DNA from: an uncultured Acetobacteraceae bacterium
GTDB taxonomy: Bacteria > Pseudomonadota > Alphaproteobacteria > Acetobacterales > Acetobacteraceae
Assembly (NCBI GenBank): GCA_964242115.1
Contig: CAXSZX010000001.1
Location: 634,020-698,019 of the forward strand
DNA: 64,000 nucleotides
Reading direction: 5' to 3'
The position numbers and the translations under genes are program-made. Positions within the stretch are counted from its first letter, which is position 1. Every line of letters begins with the position of its first letter. This document shows positions 51,701 to 60,808 of this stretch, one piece after another. Below the pieces are notes generated by a model. That model was not told where the DNA came from and ran no database searches. It saw only the letters and a program-made list of their open reading frames with translations.

Positions 51701-53062
51701 GATGGTGCCGAGCAGGGTCAGCGTCTCGCCGGTGTTCACCTCGACGGTGCCGAAATTGCTCAGGTTCTGCAGCGTGCTCTGGCTGGTGACCGCGAACGAA
51801 CCGCCGCCGCTGCTCTCCAGCATGCCGCCGACGATTGTGGCGCCGTTCAGCTGTACCGTGCCGCCGGCAGAGAGGATGGTGGCGGTGCCGGCGTCGTCGA
51901 TCACCGATTGCAGGATCAGCCCCTGGGGGCCCGCCGCTTCCAGCAGCCCGTTGTTCTGCAGCGAGCTGGTCTGAATGTAGAGCGCGTTGGCGGTGCCGGT
52001 GGCGCTGATGGTGCCGTCGTTGACCAGGTTGAGCTGGCCGGCGCCGATGGTGCCGCTGCCGGAGATGGTGTTGTTGAGGTTGACCAGGGTGTCGCCGGCG
52101 TTGCCGCCGTAGAGACGGTTGGCGGCATCCGCGTCGCCCAGCACGACGGACCCGCCGCCGGTCAGCGTGACCGTGCTGGTCAGCGTGCCGGTGGCGCCGA
52201 ACACCACGTCGCTGTTGTAACCGGTGGATTGCACCGACAGCACGCCGGTGTTGTTCAGCGTGCCCAGCACGCTCAGCGTCTCGCCGGTAGCCACCACGAG
52301 GCTGCCGGCGTTGGTCACCTGGTGGGCGGTGCCGTCCAGTGTGGAGTGCGACTCCACCTGGACCGAGGACCCGGCAGTGCTGCTGAGCGTGCCGCCCAGG
52401 ATGGTGGCGCCGTTGAGGAAGACGTTGCCGCCGTTGGCCTGTATTCTGCCGGTGGTGCCGTCGTTGATGGCGGTCTGCAGCACCAGCCCGCCGCTGCCCT
52501 TCGTCGCCTCGAAGATGCCGGCGTTGCTGGCGGTCAGGGACCCGGTGTTGATGATCAGCTGGTTGCTCGCGCTTGCGTCCACCAGGCCGCCTGCGTCGTT
52601 GGTGAAGGCGAGCGCCGTGCCGGCACCGATCTGCCCGGCGCCGACGATCTTGTCGTTCACGTTGACGAACTGGTCGCCTGCGGTGCCAGCCACGATGATG
52701 TTGTTGTCGTTGCCGTTACCCAACAGGATGGTGCCGGCGCCGTTCAGCGTGACTGTCGGGGCACCGATGACCAGCGCGCTGTTGTAGCCTGTGGAGTTCA
52801 GCGACAGCGTGCCGGCGACGGACAACGTGCTGGCAGCCGACGAGCCGACGGTGAGCGTCTCGCCGGTGCTGACGGCCAGCGTGTCAAGCTTGCCCAGGGT
52901 GAGCGCCTGCACCGCGTCGTTGGTAGACACCGCGATGGAGGCGGCCGAACTCGTGTTGATGGTCACAGTGTCGGACCCACCGGGAACGCCGTTGGGCGAC
53001 CAGTTCGCAGCCGTGTTGAAGTTGCCGTCGCCGGCTGCGCCGGTCCAGGTATATGCGGTCAT
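48719..53062 (-). CDS. Giant (1447 aa) Gly/Thr/Asn-rich beta-helix repeat protein (adhesin-like / autotransporter-associated beta-strand repeat type), probably secreted
   Basis: Long ORF with ~186-aa internal repeats, including two ~97%-identical 558-bp units. N-terminus is MTAYTWTGAAGDGNFNTAANWSPNGVPGG. Confidence 0.75.
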   Translation of the reverse strand: MTAYTWTGAAGDGNFNTAANWSPNGVPGGSDTVTINTSSAASIAVSTNDAVQALTLGKLDTLAVSTGETLTVGSSAASTLSVAGTLSLNSTGYNSALVIGAPTVTLNGAGTILLGNGNDNNIIVAGTAGDQFVNVNDKIVGAGQIGAGTALAFTNDAGGLVDASASNQLIINTGSLTASNAGIFEATKGSGGLVLQTAINDGTTGRIQANGGNVFLNGATILGGTLSSTAGSSVQVESHSTLDGTAHQVTNAGSLVVATGETLSVLGTLNNTGVLSVQSTGYNSDVVFGATGTLTSTVTLTGGGSVVLGDADAANRLYGGNAGDTLVNLNNTISGSGTIGAGQLNLVNDGTISATGTANALYIQTSSLQNNGLLEAAGPQGLILQSVIDDAGTATILSAGGTVQLNGATIVGGMLESSGGGSFAVTSQSTLQNLSNFGTVEVNTGETLTLLGTITNDGTIGLNSSGYDSDLVVGSPTVTLTGGGTIQLTDNNTADRIYGASGTNVLDNVNNLIEGSGQIGAGQLMLVNGAAGVIDATGANNQLVISTGSVVTNDGLIESTGAAGLALQSTVSNATGTILAASSTIYLNGGDVQGGLLLSTGTGDFSANGQTTIDGSAHAVVLKGALEVATGSTMTVLGTITNEGTIGLNSTGYDSDLIVGSPTVTLTGGGTIQLTDNNSADRIYGASGTNVLDNLNNLIEGSGQIGAGQLTLVNGTAGVIDATGASNQLVISTGSVVTNDGLIESTGAAGLALQSTVSNATGTILAASSTIYLNGGDVQGGLLLSTGTGDFSANGQTTIDGSAHAVVLKGALEVATGSTMTVLGTITNEGTIGLNSTGYDSDLVINSPTLTLNGGGILAFSDANTADRIYGVATADVLDNVNNTIEGSGQIGAGQLTLVNAGTISSTGTSGLTISLGSTGANTATGKLLGVGTGGLAIQNGTYTNAGLIQADDGSNVTFSNGATLTNDSAAGVLTGGTYAAVASGDGATLSITGAAVKTLSADLILSGAGASVSFGGTAIEASLTTIAARAQLQVLGDRSYTTTLGISNAGTILLGGGDLTSKLLNDRATSLLSGFGTLAGGLASAGTLSATGGTLDLTGRDTITGTVTGTGTLCLDDNRFTLADTAPITVSEIALINRASLAISDSLTYAGVFDIAGVSSLTGTGTFTSTGLFEQTGRGTATIADPFANSGTIATVSGGTLAFTGGLDNTGLVLDNGGFTDTAALTGGALSIGARGSSAVLASANGAANSTVSTLTIGGGTLNTSSTTLTVAGDYVNTAAGTGNTYNAFAGVTGTIDGQGTQLSVVGVNGTTIQDLNGTLTIAVAAGHAAYFEVENTGAAGSAALRGALQSTVNGGTINGRDLSGSGVTAGNFGPIAAGSASGTYVIDYKGGAISNEAIHLTSDFANVAGLTIDIVAQSGSAEPATSRSLPTETAHQDWFVLVHHG
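50553..51665 (-). repeat. Near-identical 558-bp tandem duplication inside the giant repeat protein gene
   Basis: Antisense track ORFs 50553..50750 and 51111..51308 are identical. 50751..51107 versus 51309..51665 differ at only a few residues. Confidence 0.8.
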
Positions 53063-53334
53063 TGTTGTTCCCTCCGAATGCCATCAGCGCGGCTCGTTTC
53101 GAAGGCTGGCTAACATCATGGCATAAGCGTTCCCCACCAATCAGCGGTTGTTATTTGGGTGGGCCGTTTCAGTCTGCACGGCGATTGTGCATCCAGAAAT
53201 CGGTGGTGGTTTTTATCACTGGCATCAAGCCTTCGTTGCAAGGTGTAGACTACTGCGTCCGGAGGGAGGCTGCCGGCGTCGGCTGATGCGAGGTGGGTTT
53301 GCAAGCGAAGCGAGAGGTCCCGGGACACGCCGCA

Positions 53335-53398
53335 GAAGATTCCGCGACAGCGATGCCAAAAGTTTTTTGTTTTTTTGCAAAAAGCAGGCCTTGCTTTC
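53335..53398. repeat. MITE/REP-like half element R27
   Basis: Seen directly in sequence. Confidence 0.6.
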
Positions 53399-53811
53399 TT
53401 ACTGAACCGTTAACATGCGACCACCACAACGAGAGCGGCCGACTTCACACTACCTGTCGGTCTAGTGGCATACTCATCGGTCGGCGTAACGTTTCTCCTC
53501 GCGGGCGTGATCAGGCCAGGCCTACCTGTTGCGGTTGAGGCCCTGACGTGTTGCGAGGCCGGCACGACGCGATGAGTCGTCGCACTTCTGCACGCACAAT
53601 CTTAATCATTACGCGGTAACGTGTCGTAATCATCTTGACGTCTCTAAAAAGAGACGGTAGAAAAGACCATCGCTTTGCAACCGCTGCCCCGCTCGTTTGT
53701 ATCCCAGCTTTTTCTTCCGGCGCCGATGGCGTGCGCGGCGTGGACACGTCGCGAAGAAATGCATGAGACCCACGAGAACGGGGTGCGGCTCACCTGTTAC
53801 GGGACCGGACC

Positions 53812-55508
53812 ATGATGACCAAGACCCTGTCGCTCGCGCTTTCCGCCGCTGTCTTGCTGGGCTTCTCGCCTGCTTCGGTCGCGTCCCCAACATTGGCTGC
53901 TAGCACGGTGGGAAAGCCTGCCGCCGCGTCCAGCTTCGCGGCCGGCCACCCTGCCGGTTCGGCTGACGTGCAAAGCTCCAAACAGGTCACGAGTTGGGTT
54001 GCCGCCAGCAACAGCTTCCCGCAATGGCTGGTGATCGACCTCGGTGCCATCTACAAGCTGAACAGCGTCAAGCAGGTCTTCGCCAACATTGACCTCTGGT
54101 CTTACAGGATCGAAGGCTCAAACGACGATTACGGGAACGACGCGTGGTGGACCACGCTGGCCGACAACAGTTCGGGCGTGCTCGGCCAGAGCTTCACCAG
54201 CACGGTCAGCGGCAGCTTCCGCTACCTGCGGCTCTACGTCACCGGATCAAAGAAAAACACAGCGAGCAGCATCGGACTGTCAGTCAACGGAACGCTGGTC
54301 ACGCAAAGCTCCGCGTCGGTGCCGACGCCGAAACCGGCTGCAACCGGGGCCTACATTGTGGGCGCGCAGGCGTGTGATCTGTGGGCCAACAAGATGGATT
54401 GGCAGACCCTGAATGGCTACCCGGCCCGTGCCTCGATCATGGGCACCTACAACGAAGCATACGACGTCGCGACCGACTGGCAGATCAAGATGGCGGTTGA
54501 ACACGGCATCTCCTTCCTGCAGCCATGCTGGTATCGCCTTGCCAACAACGAGGGTGCCAGCACCGTCATGGCGAGCTACGATCAGCTCCTGCAATCGATC
54601 GCCAACTCGGCGACGTATCGTAATTCGATCAAGTTCAGCATCGACTGGATCAACGTCGGCACCGGTTTGGGCGGCGCATCAGGGGTTGCCGACTTCGTCA
54701 ACAACCTGGTTCCGTACTGGATCAACACCTACTTTTCAAAATCGAACTACCTCAAGTTCGGCGGCAAGCCGGTGCTGGCGATCTATGACTTCGAAACGTT
54801 CATCAGCCAGATGGGCAGCCTGGCCAACGCCCAGTCGGCCATACAGTCGTTTCGCAAAGCCGTCTCCAAGGCCGGCTTCGCTGGCCTGATCCTTGAAACC
54901 CAGCAATCAGGTTCCACCACGCCGGCAGATCACTGGGTGGTCGGGACCCGCGTGGCGTGGACGTCAAGTTCGGCAACTACTACACCAAGGACTACGCGCA
55001 TACGAACGCGGATGCGGCCGCTGCCGGCTTCGACTTCGCCTTTGCCTACCACCTCCCAAGCTTCACCGACCTGATGGTGTCGCAAACACCGACCGACGCG
55101 CAGGCTACCAGCGAACAAGAGCAGGCATGGAGCAATTGGCTGCAGTACTCCGCGGTGCCGACAATCGTGACGGCGTCGATGGGCTGGAACGCCGCCCCCT
55201 GGGCGGAGAACAACATCAGCTGGAAGCTGACGACGGCTGACTATGAATCCTTACTGGTGTCGGCCAAGTCGGCGATGTCGGCGCGCCGCAGCGGCATGCC
55301 CACAAACATGATGCTGCTTGATAACTGGAACGAGTATGGCGAAGGCCACTACATCGCGCCGACACAGGGTGACTCCTACGGCTACCTGGATGCGGTGGGT
55401 GCGGTGTTCTCGCCGAACTGGCCGTCGGTCGTGCCCTCCAGCATAGACACGATGCCGAACGTGACGGCCATTCCGCAGATGCTGGCCCCGAGCGGCAGCG
55501 CAAACTAG
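53812..55508 (+). pseudogene. Secreted glycoside-hydrolase-like protein with N-terminal discoidin (F5/8 type C) domain, frameshifted near 54950
   Basis: Track ORF 53812..55074 turns to Thr/Arg-rich nonsense after ~54950. ORF 54957..55508 is the in-family continuation. A direct 5-bp duplication CGTGGCGTGG sits at the junction. Confidence 0.6.
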
Positions 55509-55580
55509 TCGCTTCGGGGATTATGGGACAGGTAAGATCGTCCTGCGCCAAGTGTCCTGGTTTTGTCTTTCAACTTCCGG

Positions 55581-55722
55581 GGAGCAAGCAAGGCCTTCTT
55601 TTCTGAAGAAAAGAAGCAAAAGACGTTTGTCCCTGCTGTCGCGGAGTTTTCTGCAGCGTCCGCCCTAGAGTACAAAAGTTTTTTGGTCCTTTTTTCGAAA
55701 AAGAATTGCTTGCTTTCTTGTT
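55581..55722. repeat. MITE/REP-like element, copy R28 (canonical)
   Basis: Seen directly in sequence. Confidence 0.9.
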
Positions 55723-55733
55723 GCCGGTTGAGA

Positions 55734-56696
55734 CTACACGCTGTTGGCTTCACGCCGAGCATCCTCGTCCAGCAAAGCTTCGATCGACACCCTGAGCCAC
55801 CTCAGACTACCACCCAGAGCCACCTGCACGTTTGACGCACCTGGCGTAAGGATGGTGCGTCCCCGGTGCTGAGGCGTGCTGTCCACCGACACTGTTCCTT
55901 TGACAAGGTAGGTCCGCTCGGGGGCTTGTGCCACGAGCACCGTGATCGCATCGTGAGGCAAGCAGCCGTCGATGCCTTCGGCCTCCCGGTAGTGGTCCAT
56001 GTAGGCCGCGTGTGACCGAGCGATCAGCATTCCATGCTCGGTTCTGCTGTTTTGCTGATAGGCAGCCATTGTAGAGCGTGGAAGTTGCACCTTGCGGCAG
56101 AGGTCGAGTGGCACGATGGTGACAGGCAGGCCAAGGCCAAGCGTTATTCGCAACGCATCCGGATCGCAATAGGCGTTGAACTCCGCCGACGGCGTGATGT
56201 TGCCGACGTCGAAATACACCCCGGACATCAGCACGATACGTTCGACGGCGGACCCGTACCAGGCAACCAGACCGGGAATGTTCGTGGCCGGCCCTAGGCC
56301 GATCAAAACCACCGAGGAGACGGAACGCGGCGGCGTGCTGCCCAGCATGACGACCGGCGCGCCGGTCAGGCTCGCAACCAGGGCCTGGTCCATATGACCG
56401 GTGGCGCCTCCCAGTCCGTCCGAGCCGTGCACGTGGCGGGCGTCCCTGGTAAAGCCGTCTTGCGCACACGACGCACCGGTCAGCACCGTCCAGCACGCCG
56501 AGCGGCCGAGCAGCCCGCGGAACAGCAGCGCGTTGCGCGTCGCGATATCCACCGGAACGTTGCCAAAAACTGTCGAGATGGTCAGGTCGGTGCCGAACAG
56601 GCGGCTGGCGAGGAGGAGTGCGAGGCCGTCATCGACTCCCATGTCGGTATCGATGTGGACGTGCGTCAGAGGCTCACTCCCATACACTAGCTGCAT
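55734..56696 (-). CDS. Nucleoside hydrolase (inosine-uridine preferring type)
   Basis: DTDMGVDD aspartate cluster. Confidence 0.8.
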   Translation of the reverse strand: MQLVYGSEPLTHVHIDTDMGVDDGLALLLASRLFGTDLTISTVFGNVPVDIATRNALLFRGLLGRSACWTVLTGASCAQDGFTRDARHVHGSDGLGGATGHMDQALVASLTGAPVVMLGSTPPRSVSSVVLIGLGPATNIPGLVAWYGSAVERIVLMSGVYFDVGNITPSAEFNAYCDPDALRITLGLGLPVTIVPLDLCRKVQLPRSTMAAYQQNSRTEHGMLIARSHAAYMDHYREAEGIDGCLPHDAITVLVAQAPERTYLVKGTVSVDSTPQHRGRTILTPGASNVQVALGGSLRWLRVSIEALLDEDARREANSV

Positions 56697-56720
56697 TGCC
56701 TCGAACCCCGAGGCGTCGGG

Positions 56721-57640
56721 TCAGTCGATGCAGACCTCCCTGCGGTAAGGCAGGGCGGGTTGCGCGCCCGTCCGCGTCACACACACGCCGGACGCGGCGA
56801 TACCGAGCAGGGCAGCCTGATCCAGTCCCATGTCCTCGCAGAGCCCTGCTACGAGCCCGCCGATGAAGCAGTCGCCGGCCGCCGTGGTGTCCCGCACGGG
56901 CACCACGCGGGCAGGCAGTACGCGCTCGCCGGATATGTCAGAAAGCAGCACGCCTTTGGCGCCCAGCGTGACCACGACGTTGGCAACGCCGCGCTCACGC
57001 AACGCGCGGGCGGCGGCGACGGCGGAGTCGTGGTCGTGCACGCGAATGCCTGTCAGGCGTTCGGCCTCGCTCTCGTTGGGAATCAGGTAGTCGACCGCGG
57101 ACCACAGACCGGCCGGCAGAACCTCCGCGGGCGCCGGGTTGAGGACCACCCGGACGCCGCAGGATCGCGCCAACCGGGCTGCGCGGTCCACGGTAGCCAC
57201 CGGCACTTCCAACTGCAGCACGACGAAGGCGGAGCGGCCGATGAGCCCGGACGCGGCGTCGACGTCGGTGTCGGCGAGCGAGAGGTTGGCACCTTGCGCC
57301 ACCAGAATCCGGTTCTCGCCCGACGGTTCGACCATGATCATGGCGACGCCGGTGGGGCCCTCAGCGGTGCCGACATGTCCGACGTCGATGCCGTCGCGCC
57401 GCAAGGCTGCACGAAGCTGTGCGCCGAAACCGTCGTCGCCGACCTTGCCCACCATGGCAACGCGCGCGCCCATGCGGGCGAGCGCCACGGCCTGGTTGGC
57501 GCCCTTGCCGCCCTCGGCCACCGTGAAGCCGTCGGCGATGATCGTCTCGCCGGCGTCCGGCAGACGCGCCGCGCGCACCACCAGGTCCATGTTCAGGCTG
57601 CCGATCACGGTTGCGGAGCCGGCCAATGATTTCTCCAATT
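56721..57640 (-). CDS. rbsK: Ribokinase
   Basis: VIGSLNMDLV, GGKGANQAVA, TTAAGDCFIGG. Probable TTG/GTG start. Confidence 0.75.
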
Positions 57641-57647
57641 CAAAGTG

Positions 57648-57780
57648 AGCAAGGCCTGCTTGCTTGAAAAAAGCAGCAAAAAACATTCGGTAAGGCCGTG
57701 GTCGAGCTTCCCTCAGCGAATAGCCAAGAAAACACAAGTTTTTTGGTTCTATTTTTCAAAAAACAACTGCTTCCTTGCCT
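57648..57780. repeat. MITE/REP-like element, copy R29 (diverged)
   Basis: Lies between the ribokinase start and the TonB receptor stop. Confidence 0.75.
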
Positions 57781-60181
57781 AAAACTTGTAAGCCAGCTCC
57801 ACGCCCGCGGTCAGCGGCAGGTTCGTCGAAACACGCGTCAGCGACGGGATGATCCAGCTAAACGAGGTGGTGTTGATGCTGAGCTCGGCGTGCTTGTTCG
57901 TCGCGTTGTCCACGAACAGGAACGCCGACCAGCGTGGCCCGACGAGGCCGCCGCGAATGCTGATGAGGTCGTAGGGTTGCAGCTTTTGGTAGCGATAGGA
58001 GATGTCGGTGGAGGTGCCGACATAAGAGTTCGACAGCCTGCCGACGAACTCGTAGTCGTCGTTGATCGGCGTGCGATACGTCAGCACCGTGCTCTCGGTG
58101 TAGTCGGGGATGTTGAGGATCGGCGTGCCAACTACCAGCGCAGGGTCGGCAGCGGTGAGCGTCGGGTTCACGCTGGTCAGGGCTGCGTGGGTGTAGGTGC
58201 CGCTGAACGACAGCGTCAGGTCCGGCGTCAGGCGTGCGGAGATCTCCAACTCGGGCCCATAGGATTCTGCGTTGCCGGCGTTCTGCGTCAGCGGGTAGCC
58301 GCAGGTTTGGTTGACGAGCTGCTGCACATTCGACCAACGGATGTAATAAACGTCGGCGTTCACCGTCAGCCGGCCGTCGAACAGGCGAGCCTTTTCGCCC
58401 AGTTCGTAGTTCCAGATGGTGTCCGGCTTGTACACCTCGTTGGTCAGCGTGCAGCCGATCGAGGTGGGGATGGGAAGGTTCACGCCACCTGGACGAAAAC
58501 CCTTGGCAATCTCGGTGTAGATCGTCAGGTCCGGGTTCGGCTGGTAGGCGAGGTTGAACTTCGGCGTCACGCCGCTGGCGGACGTGCTGTACTTGGCGCT
58601 CGTCGGTGCGGCGTTGCCGGACGTGGTGCCGATCCCGCTCTCCTGCTCGTAGACGTTGGTGTCGTAGGAGAAGTAGCGCAGGCCGGCGGTGAAGGTCAGC
58701 GTTGGGAGTATCTTGTAGGAGCCCTCGCCAAACACCGCGTACTGGTCGACGTGATACGGGTTGTTGGCGTCGTAGATGATGCCGTCCGGGTTGGCCGCTG
58801 CACCGCCGACGGAGAGGTAGGCGTCGCCCGGCGCGTGGTTGGTGTCGCGAAAGATCGATTCCAGGCGGCTATAGAACACGCCCACCAGCCATTTCAGGCG
58901 CGTGTTGCCGGAGGAGGCAAGTCGCAGCTCCTCGCTGAACTGGTCGGAGATGTCCTCCTCGGTAAACGTCGTCGGCACGAAGCCGGCCGGCGACAGGCCG
59001 AAGGAGTTGAGCAGGCTGTAGATGGCTTCCGAGGCGTCCTGTGTCTGCCGCTCGTCGCGCTCCCAATAGGACGTGGCAGAGGTCAGCGTCGCGAAATCCA
59101 AATTGTAGTTCAGCGTCGTGCTGAACAGCTTGAAATCGTCCGAGAACGGCTCGGCCAGGTTGTAAGGCTGGTAGTGCGCGAGCGAGCTGGAACCGGGCGG
59201 CAGGTCGAATTCGTTGTAGCCGCCCATGTCGATGCGCTGGAACAGGAAGGTGGTGTCGATCGAGAGGTCCGGCGTGGGCGTCAGCAACAGGCTGGCGCGC
59301 GCTGCCTGCAGGTGCTCGTCGTTGACGTTCGGGATTGTGTGGGACGGCTCGCCGGTGACGTTGCCGCGCGTGCACGCGAGGTATGGCGCGCAGGACGGGC
59401 TGGGGTTGGTGGGGTAGGGGAACGGCGTGTCGACGATGCGGTCTGCCCAGCCGCTGATGTACTTTTCCTCGGCGACGATGCGCAGCGCCACCTTGTCGTT
59501 GACGATCGGAATGTTGACCGCGATCTTTCCCGTCGGGTTCACGCCGCCACCGGCGGTGCCGGACAGCGTGGTGTCGACCTGCCCGTAAATGCCCTTGTAG
59601 TCGGGCGGGTTGGTCAGCAGCTTGATGGTGCCGCCCATCGAGCCGGCGCCGTACAGCGTCCCCTGCGGCCCACGCAGCACTTCGACGCGGTTGAGGTCGA
59701 ACAGGTCGGGGTCGATGACCACCTTGCCGTTCAACGATGCGGCCGGCGGTGTCAGCGGAGTCTCGTCGAGATAGAAGCCGACGGTGGGAGAGGACCCGCC
59801 CGACGAGGACAGGCCGCGCGCCTCCAGCTCCGTCTGTCCCGGGCCGGAGCTGCGCAACGAGAGGCCGGGCGTGGTGTCGACGAGTTGGTTCACCGTCGTG
59901 ATGCCGGCCTGCTGCAATTGCCGCCCGGACACCGCGGTGATGCTCAGCGGCGTGTTCTGCACGGTGGAGGCGCGCTTCTCCGCGGTGACCACCACCTCCT
60001 CGATCGCCGTGGTGGCGGGCTTGGCCGCGACCTTGGCTTGGCTGGCGGGCGTGGTGGTGCCTGGCGGCGGAGACGAGGCGGGCGGCGTTGCCGTTTGGGC
60101 ATGTGACAGGCCGGCAGGCGCCGCGCACAGCAACGTCAAGACAAAGCCACGTCCCAGGATGGTCTCACCTCTGCTCGACAT
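57779..60181 (-). CDS. TonB-dependent outer membrane receptor
   Basis: 800 aa with signal peptide, plug domain and C-terminal aromatic residue (...ELAYKF). Confidence 0.85.
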   Translation of the reverse strand: MSSRGETILGRGFVLTLLCAAPAGLSHAQTATPPASSPPPGTTTPASQAKVAAKPATTAIEEVVVTAEKRASTVQNTPLSITAVSGRQLQQAGITTVNQLVDTTPGLSLRSSGPGQTELEARGLSSSGGSSPTVGFYLDETPLTPPAASLNGKVVIDPDLFDLNRVEVLRGPQGTLYGAGSMGGTIKLLTNPPDYKGIYGQVDTTLSGTAGGGVNPTGKIAVNIPIVNDKVALRIVAEEKYISGWADRIVDTPFPYPTNPSPSCAPYLACTRGNVTGEPSHTIPNVNDEHLQAARASLLLTPTPDLSIDTTFLFQRIDMGGYNEFDLPPGSSSLAHYQPYNLAEPFSDDFKLFSTTLNYNLDFATLTSATSYWERDERQTQDASEAIYSLLNSFGLSPAGFVPTTFTEEDISDQFSEELRLASSGNTRLKWLVGVFYSRLESIFRDTNHAPGDAYLSVGGAAANPDGIIYDANNPYHVDQYAVFGEGSYKILPTLTFTAGLRYFSYDTNVYEQESGIGTTSGNAAPTSAKYSTSASGVTPKFNLAYQPNPDLTIYTEIAKGFRPGGVNLPIPTSIGCTLTNEVYKPDTIWNYELGEKARLFDGRLTVNADVYYIRWSNVQQLVNQTCGYPLTQNAGNAESYGPELEISARLTPDLTLSFSGTYTHAALTSVNPTLTAADPALVVGTPILNIPDYTESTVLTYRTPINDDYEFVGRLSNSYVGTSTDISYRYQKLQPYDLISIRGGLVGPRWSAFLFVDNATNKHAELSINTTSFSWIIPSLTRVSTNLPLTAGVELAYKF

Positions 60182-60494
60182 TGCGGCTGCTCCGTTTCGC
60201 CCGCGGCGCGGGCATCAAAAGGTGTCAAACGACGCGGCCGATCCTGTAAAGCAGAAAGATCCGCTGCGACTTGTCGAAGCCACGACTTCTTGTCTCGCAC
60301 AAACCGGCACGAGCCGGTGTGTCGACTGCAAAACTTACCTGTTCCCCACTGGACCTATCGCGAGCCACCCGGCTGGCCTCCGCACGCGCGAAGGCTAGGC
60401 TGGTGCCGTTGTCTTGGTGTCTGCAGCTCGCCGACCCCCGCGAACAATCGATCCCCTCGAGCCCGGATCGTGACGGATCAGCTTTCCGGATGTC

Positions 60495-60516
60495 AAGAAT
60501 GAATTGGTTCATTCTT
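60495..60516. promoter_or_regulatory. Perfect 9-4-9 palindrome AAGAATGAA-TTGG-TTCATTCTT in the divergent intergenic region between the TonB receptor and nadV
   Basis: Seen directly in sequence; candidate operator. Confidence 0.35.
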
Positions 60517-60808
60517 GGCCGAAAAGCATGGTTTCTGTCTGACTGGATGCCGGGTTTGCACGCCGCCTGGTCAATACAGGGAGCAATAGACTACAATATA
60601 GGCAAACCCAGTAGGCGATGGCGGGCGGTATACTGGCCCAGCCGAGCCTGTTCGAACCGTTTCAACTTTGGGCTTGCGGGTGGCCCGTCTGGTATGCTGT
60701 TCTTCGGGCCTGACGCGATGCCGGCCAGCATGATGCGGCTTGCTGATCGTCAGGTCCGAGCCTGACCGCGACGGTTTCGTCCGCCGTGGCCGGTGCTTAG
60801 TCACCGCA

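Noticed and set aside
57698-60106. 802-aa plus-strand ORF antisense to the TonB-dependent receptor
   Set aside because: Antisense GC-frame artefact. The minus strand encodes a typical receptor ending in aromatic F.
60182-60420. Cobalamin or other riboswitch in the leader of the TonB-dependent receptor
   Set aside because: No B12-box (GCCACTG) or other conserved riboswitch core was recognisable by eye.
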